Shown: positions 61,301 to 64,000 of the stretch, piece after piece
How the letters are laid out: each line of letters opens with the position of its first letter
Position numbering within the stretch: position 1 is the stretch's first letter
Assembly (NCBI GenBank): GCA_015680685.1
Contig: MNCI01002011.1
Span: 570,470 to 634,469 of the forward strand
Length of the DNA stretch: 64,000 nt
DNA from: Gnetum montanum
Taxonomy: Eukaryota; Plantae; Gnetophyta
Direction: 5' to 3'
Position numbers and translations under genes: made by a program
Notes under the pieces: model-generated
The model's input: only the letters and a program-made list of their open reading frames with translations
What the model was told of the DNA's origin: nothing
Database searches by the model: none

Positions 61301-61945
61301 GATGGTACTTTACATAAGCTCCTAGCAATTAAGTAGGCATACAATGCGTTCATCTTCAAATTCATTTGTAGATGAACATTAGCAACCATGAAGCTCATAC
61401 ATCCAATCATTGATGAATAGTTGCTAGATGTTTTTAAAGGGAACATGAATGACTATAGTAGAGGAAAGTTGGTCTATCCTAGGCCACTTAGCCTCCATGA
61501 TACCATAACTTCTACCAAGCATATTAAGGAGGTTAAAATCTAATGCAATAACTTGAAATTGATCAACTTTATTAATAGGATCAATAAAGTAATAATAAAT
61601 GAAAAATATTTCCAAAACGTAGGGAAAATAGTAAACATTTATGAACCAATATTCAACTTCCACATCATCAAATAATGGATGTAGTGATGAAAACATAACT
61701 CCAAATTCAAAGCCCAATTATGATGGAAAAAACTCATTCAATAGTGGAAAATGAAGATCACCTAAGCATAGATCCAAGTATCACAAGTTCCCAATGACCT
61801 ACATGTACTTGTATAACATGTTGCTTAAAGAAGAACAAATCACCACAAAATAGGTCTTAGAGTAGATAAGAGAATGCTTCAAAGAATACAAATCTTAGTC
61901 ATCAATCCTTTGCATGAAGTGGAAGGAGATCCGCCTATCTCAAAT
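58392..61945 (+). mobile_element. Old Tat-type element H: partial 5' LTR (to ~59850), PBS, degenerate gag (from ~60038)
   Basis: PBS-like tagtactagaaagagggc at 59855-59872 differs from B's PBS only by C>T/G>A changes. FPKEVSFPNFMRYN*DNDSANHV..YNECTLLANYPYIILK and LVINPLHEVEGDPP align to B gag. Confidence 0.75.
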
Positions 61946-64000
61946 GTTGAATATTTGATGTGTTCTAGAAAGCTGAACATGATAGTTTATTTCTATACAC
62001 ACCATGAAATTTTGTATATATCATCAGAGTGTACAACACTTTCTATGGTGTTTATAGTATGTATTAAGTTAATTATGTTTAATCAAGTTTATTAACTAAT
62101 AATAACTAATCATTGTGTCTGTTCATTCTTTGGACATGATCGATTATAATTATAAAAGTGATGATCATAGTCCAATAACAATATATAATATAACATAATA
62201 ACAATATGTAATATGAAATACAACATAGTATTGATATTATAATAGAGACACTTGGTTACCTTATTTGGGTCTATTACTTTTAATTTATGTTCTTATGTTT
62301 AATATGTATAACATGGTGAACTTATTTTATATAATGGTGCATGTTTATCTTAATTACAAGAGTCATCAAATTATTTCTATCATATCTTGGACCTTGTGGT
62401 TAACACCAAAACTTTGACATGATATTGGAGTAGGATTTTGATGGCTTTTAAATTACCATTGTGAAGTGCTCATGATGTTGTAGTTGTTAGGTGCATTTAA
62501 TATGATGGTAAGTAGAAATATTAATAATATAATTTCATTTTAGATATTTCAAACTTATCATGAAAATTGTAGAAAGAGAGCACAATGTAAGAATGATCTT
62601 TTCTACTCAAAATCTTGTCTTTTAGCTTAAATTTCCCCTTTGTTTAGCTTGTAAGTATTGTTTTATGATTTTATAATGAAAATATTATGGTTTTTGTTAT
62701 AAAATGAAAAGAATACAATGTTTCATAATTTTCTTATTTTTCTAGTTGAATCAATTTTCTTCTTAAGTTTTTAATTAATTTTAGGATTGCAAAAATATGA
62801 TCAATGATGTAAAATTAATGTAGACAATATTTTTTACATTTAAAAATTCAAATTTTAAAAGACTTAGTTTTCTATGTTTATCTTCAAAAAGAAAGCACAC
62901 CCTTTTGCAAACTTCATTTGAGCATACTCAAAGTTAATGACCATCATCATCACCATTGCAAGCACTACAACTAGGTAGCCACCATGGTAATCCCCATGGT
63001 GAAACTTATAGTTTAAAGACTAGCACCAATAATACGATTAAATTACATTCTTTAAAGGCTACACATTATGAGACAGTGTCAAATATGATAAGAAAATTTG
63101 ATCTGAGTTTGTCTAAAGAAGATTATATCAAATATTTGGAATCCAAGATTAGTTTTTACTATCATTATTATGATTTGACATTGCCCATAGAGTTAATGAA
63201 AGCTAGCCATGGTGTAGAACTAGAGAAGTTAGGACTAGCACCATTTGTTAAGTTTATGATGTTGAGAAATGATGTGGTGATGAATAATTTTGTTAATACC
63301 TATAATAATATTTGATTTATCTATTAACGTAGAAAGATTAATGGTATTTTAGAATTTAGAAGAGGCCTTTATGATTCTATTCTTAGATAGTTAATATAGA
63401 TTTTATTCTAAAGGAGGTAATGTTTTCCAAACATTAGCTACTGAAATGTTTTGTTAGTGAATTTGAGTGGAGAAAAGCCTACATCATAATTAGCAAGAGA
63501 ATTATTATCTTGTAGTTGAAGATGCCATACTTAGGTTTGGTAGAGATTGTTGCCTATCATGTTATAGTTAAGGATAGAAAAAATTTAGTCCCTTGAATTG
63601 TGTTGAGTTTTCTCTACATAATGGTAAAAGAAGGATAATTTGTAGATTGGTTATCAATTCAAAAGATGGAGGCATTATCATGCTACATGGTGTTTTCTCC
63701 TTACTTCTCCTAAGGATACCATCTTTCCATCTTTGTTAAGATGTTTAATAACTCTAGTATTATGGATGTCACTGTGTTGAAAAGTAAGAATAAGAAGTTG
63801 GTTTCATAGTTATTTTTTGAAGCCTTCTCCAAACTATCGCAAACCACAATGTAGATTCTTGAAATAAAGTAGCCTATTGATGTCTAGTACAAGGGCTGGC
63901 ATAGAGTTGAGGGTAACTACATGATGCCATTCATAGTGTGTATGGTGTTGAAACACCATAACTTTATATATAAGGTTGTACATTTAGTGTCAACCATTAA
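61946..64000 (+). other. Unclassified AT-rich remnant (I) with a decayed ORF from ~62956
   Basis: Abrupt end of H gag at a tgttga junction. The ORF fragment LEKLGLAPFVKF...VMNNFVNTY loosely resembles plant transposon accessory ORFs. No termini identified. Confidence 0.35.

Overview
Plant nuclear DNA made almost entirely of nested, decayed Ty3/gypsy LTR retrotransposons, with heavy C>T/G>A decay. I found no host gene, RNA gene or CRISPR array. Labels A-I are mine. Left half: G (young LTR edge, 1-296) and D (Athila-like, minus, 2560-29720) are inserted in F (Athila-like pol, minus, 297-2559). C (gag-only Athila-like, plus, 7020-29269, TSD acatt/acatc) is inserted in D's RT. A (Tat-type, minus, 7130-23496) is inserted in C's 5' LTR. 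Right half: E (Athila-like, plus, 29721-58391) abuts the LTR of H (Tat-type, 58392-~61945) and hosts B, a full-length 18.75 kb Tat-type element (34920-53670; TSD gcatg, tRNA-Asn PBS, gag-PR ... RT-RH-aRH-INT). An unclassified remnant (I) ends the window. Main finding: the two diverged Tat families A and B both carry a roughly 6 kb block between gag(-protease) and RT. This block holds an 8-exon ANTISENSE gene (~1100 aa in B) with matching intron positions and phases. Its predicted product has an FCP1/NIF-type HAD phosphatase-like domain lacking the catalytic aspartates, a transposon-accessory-like domain, an NLS-like basic patch, an acidic region and a coiled coil. Family-specific short motifs sharing an ACGCT core recur in the same four non-coding compartments of both elements. 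All alignments and translations were done by eye.
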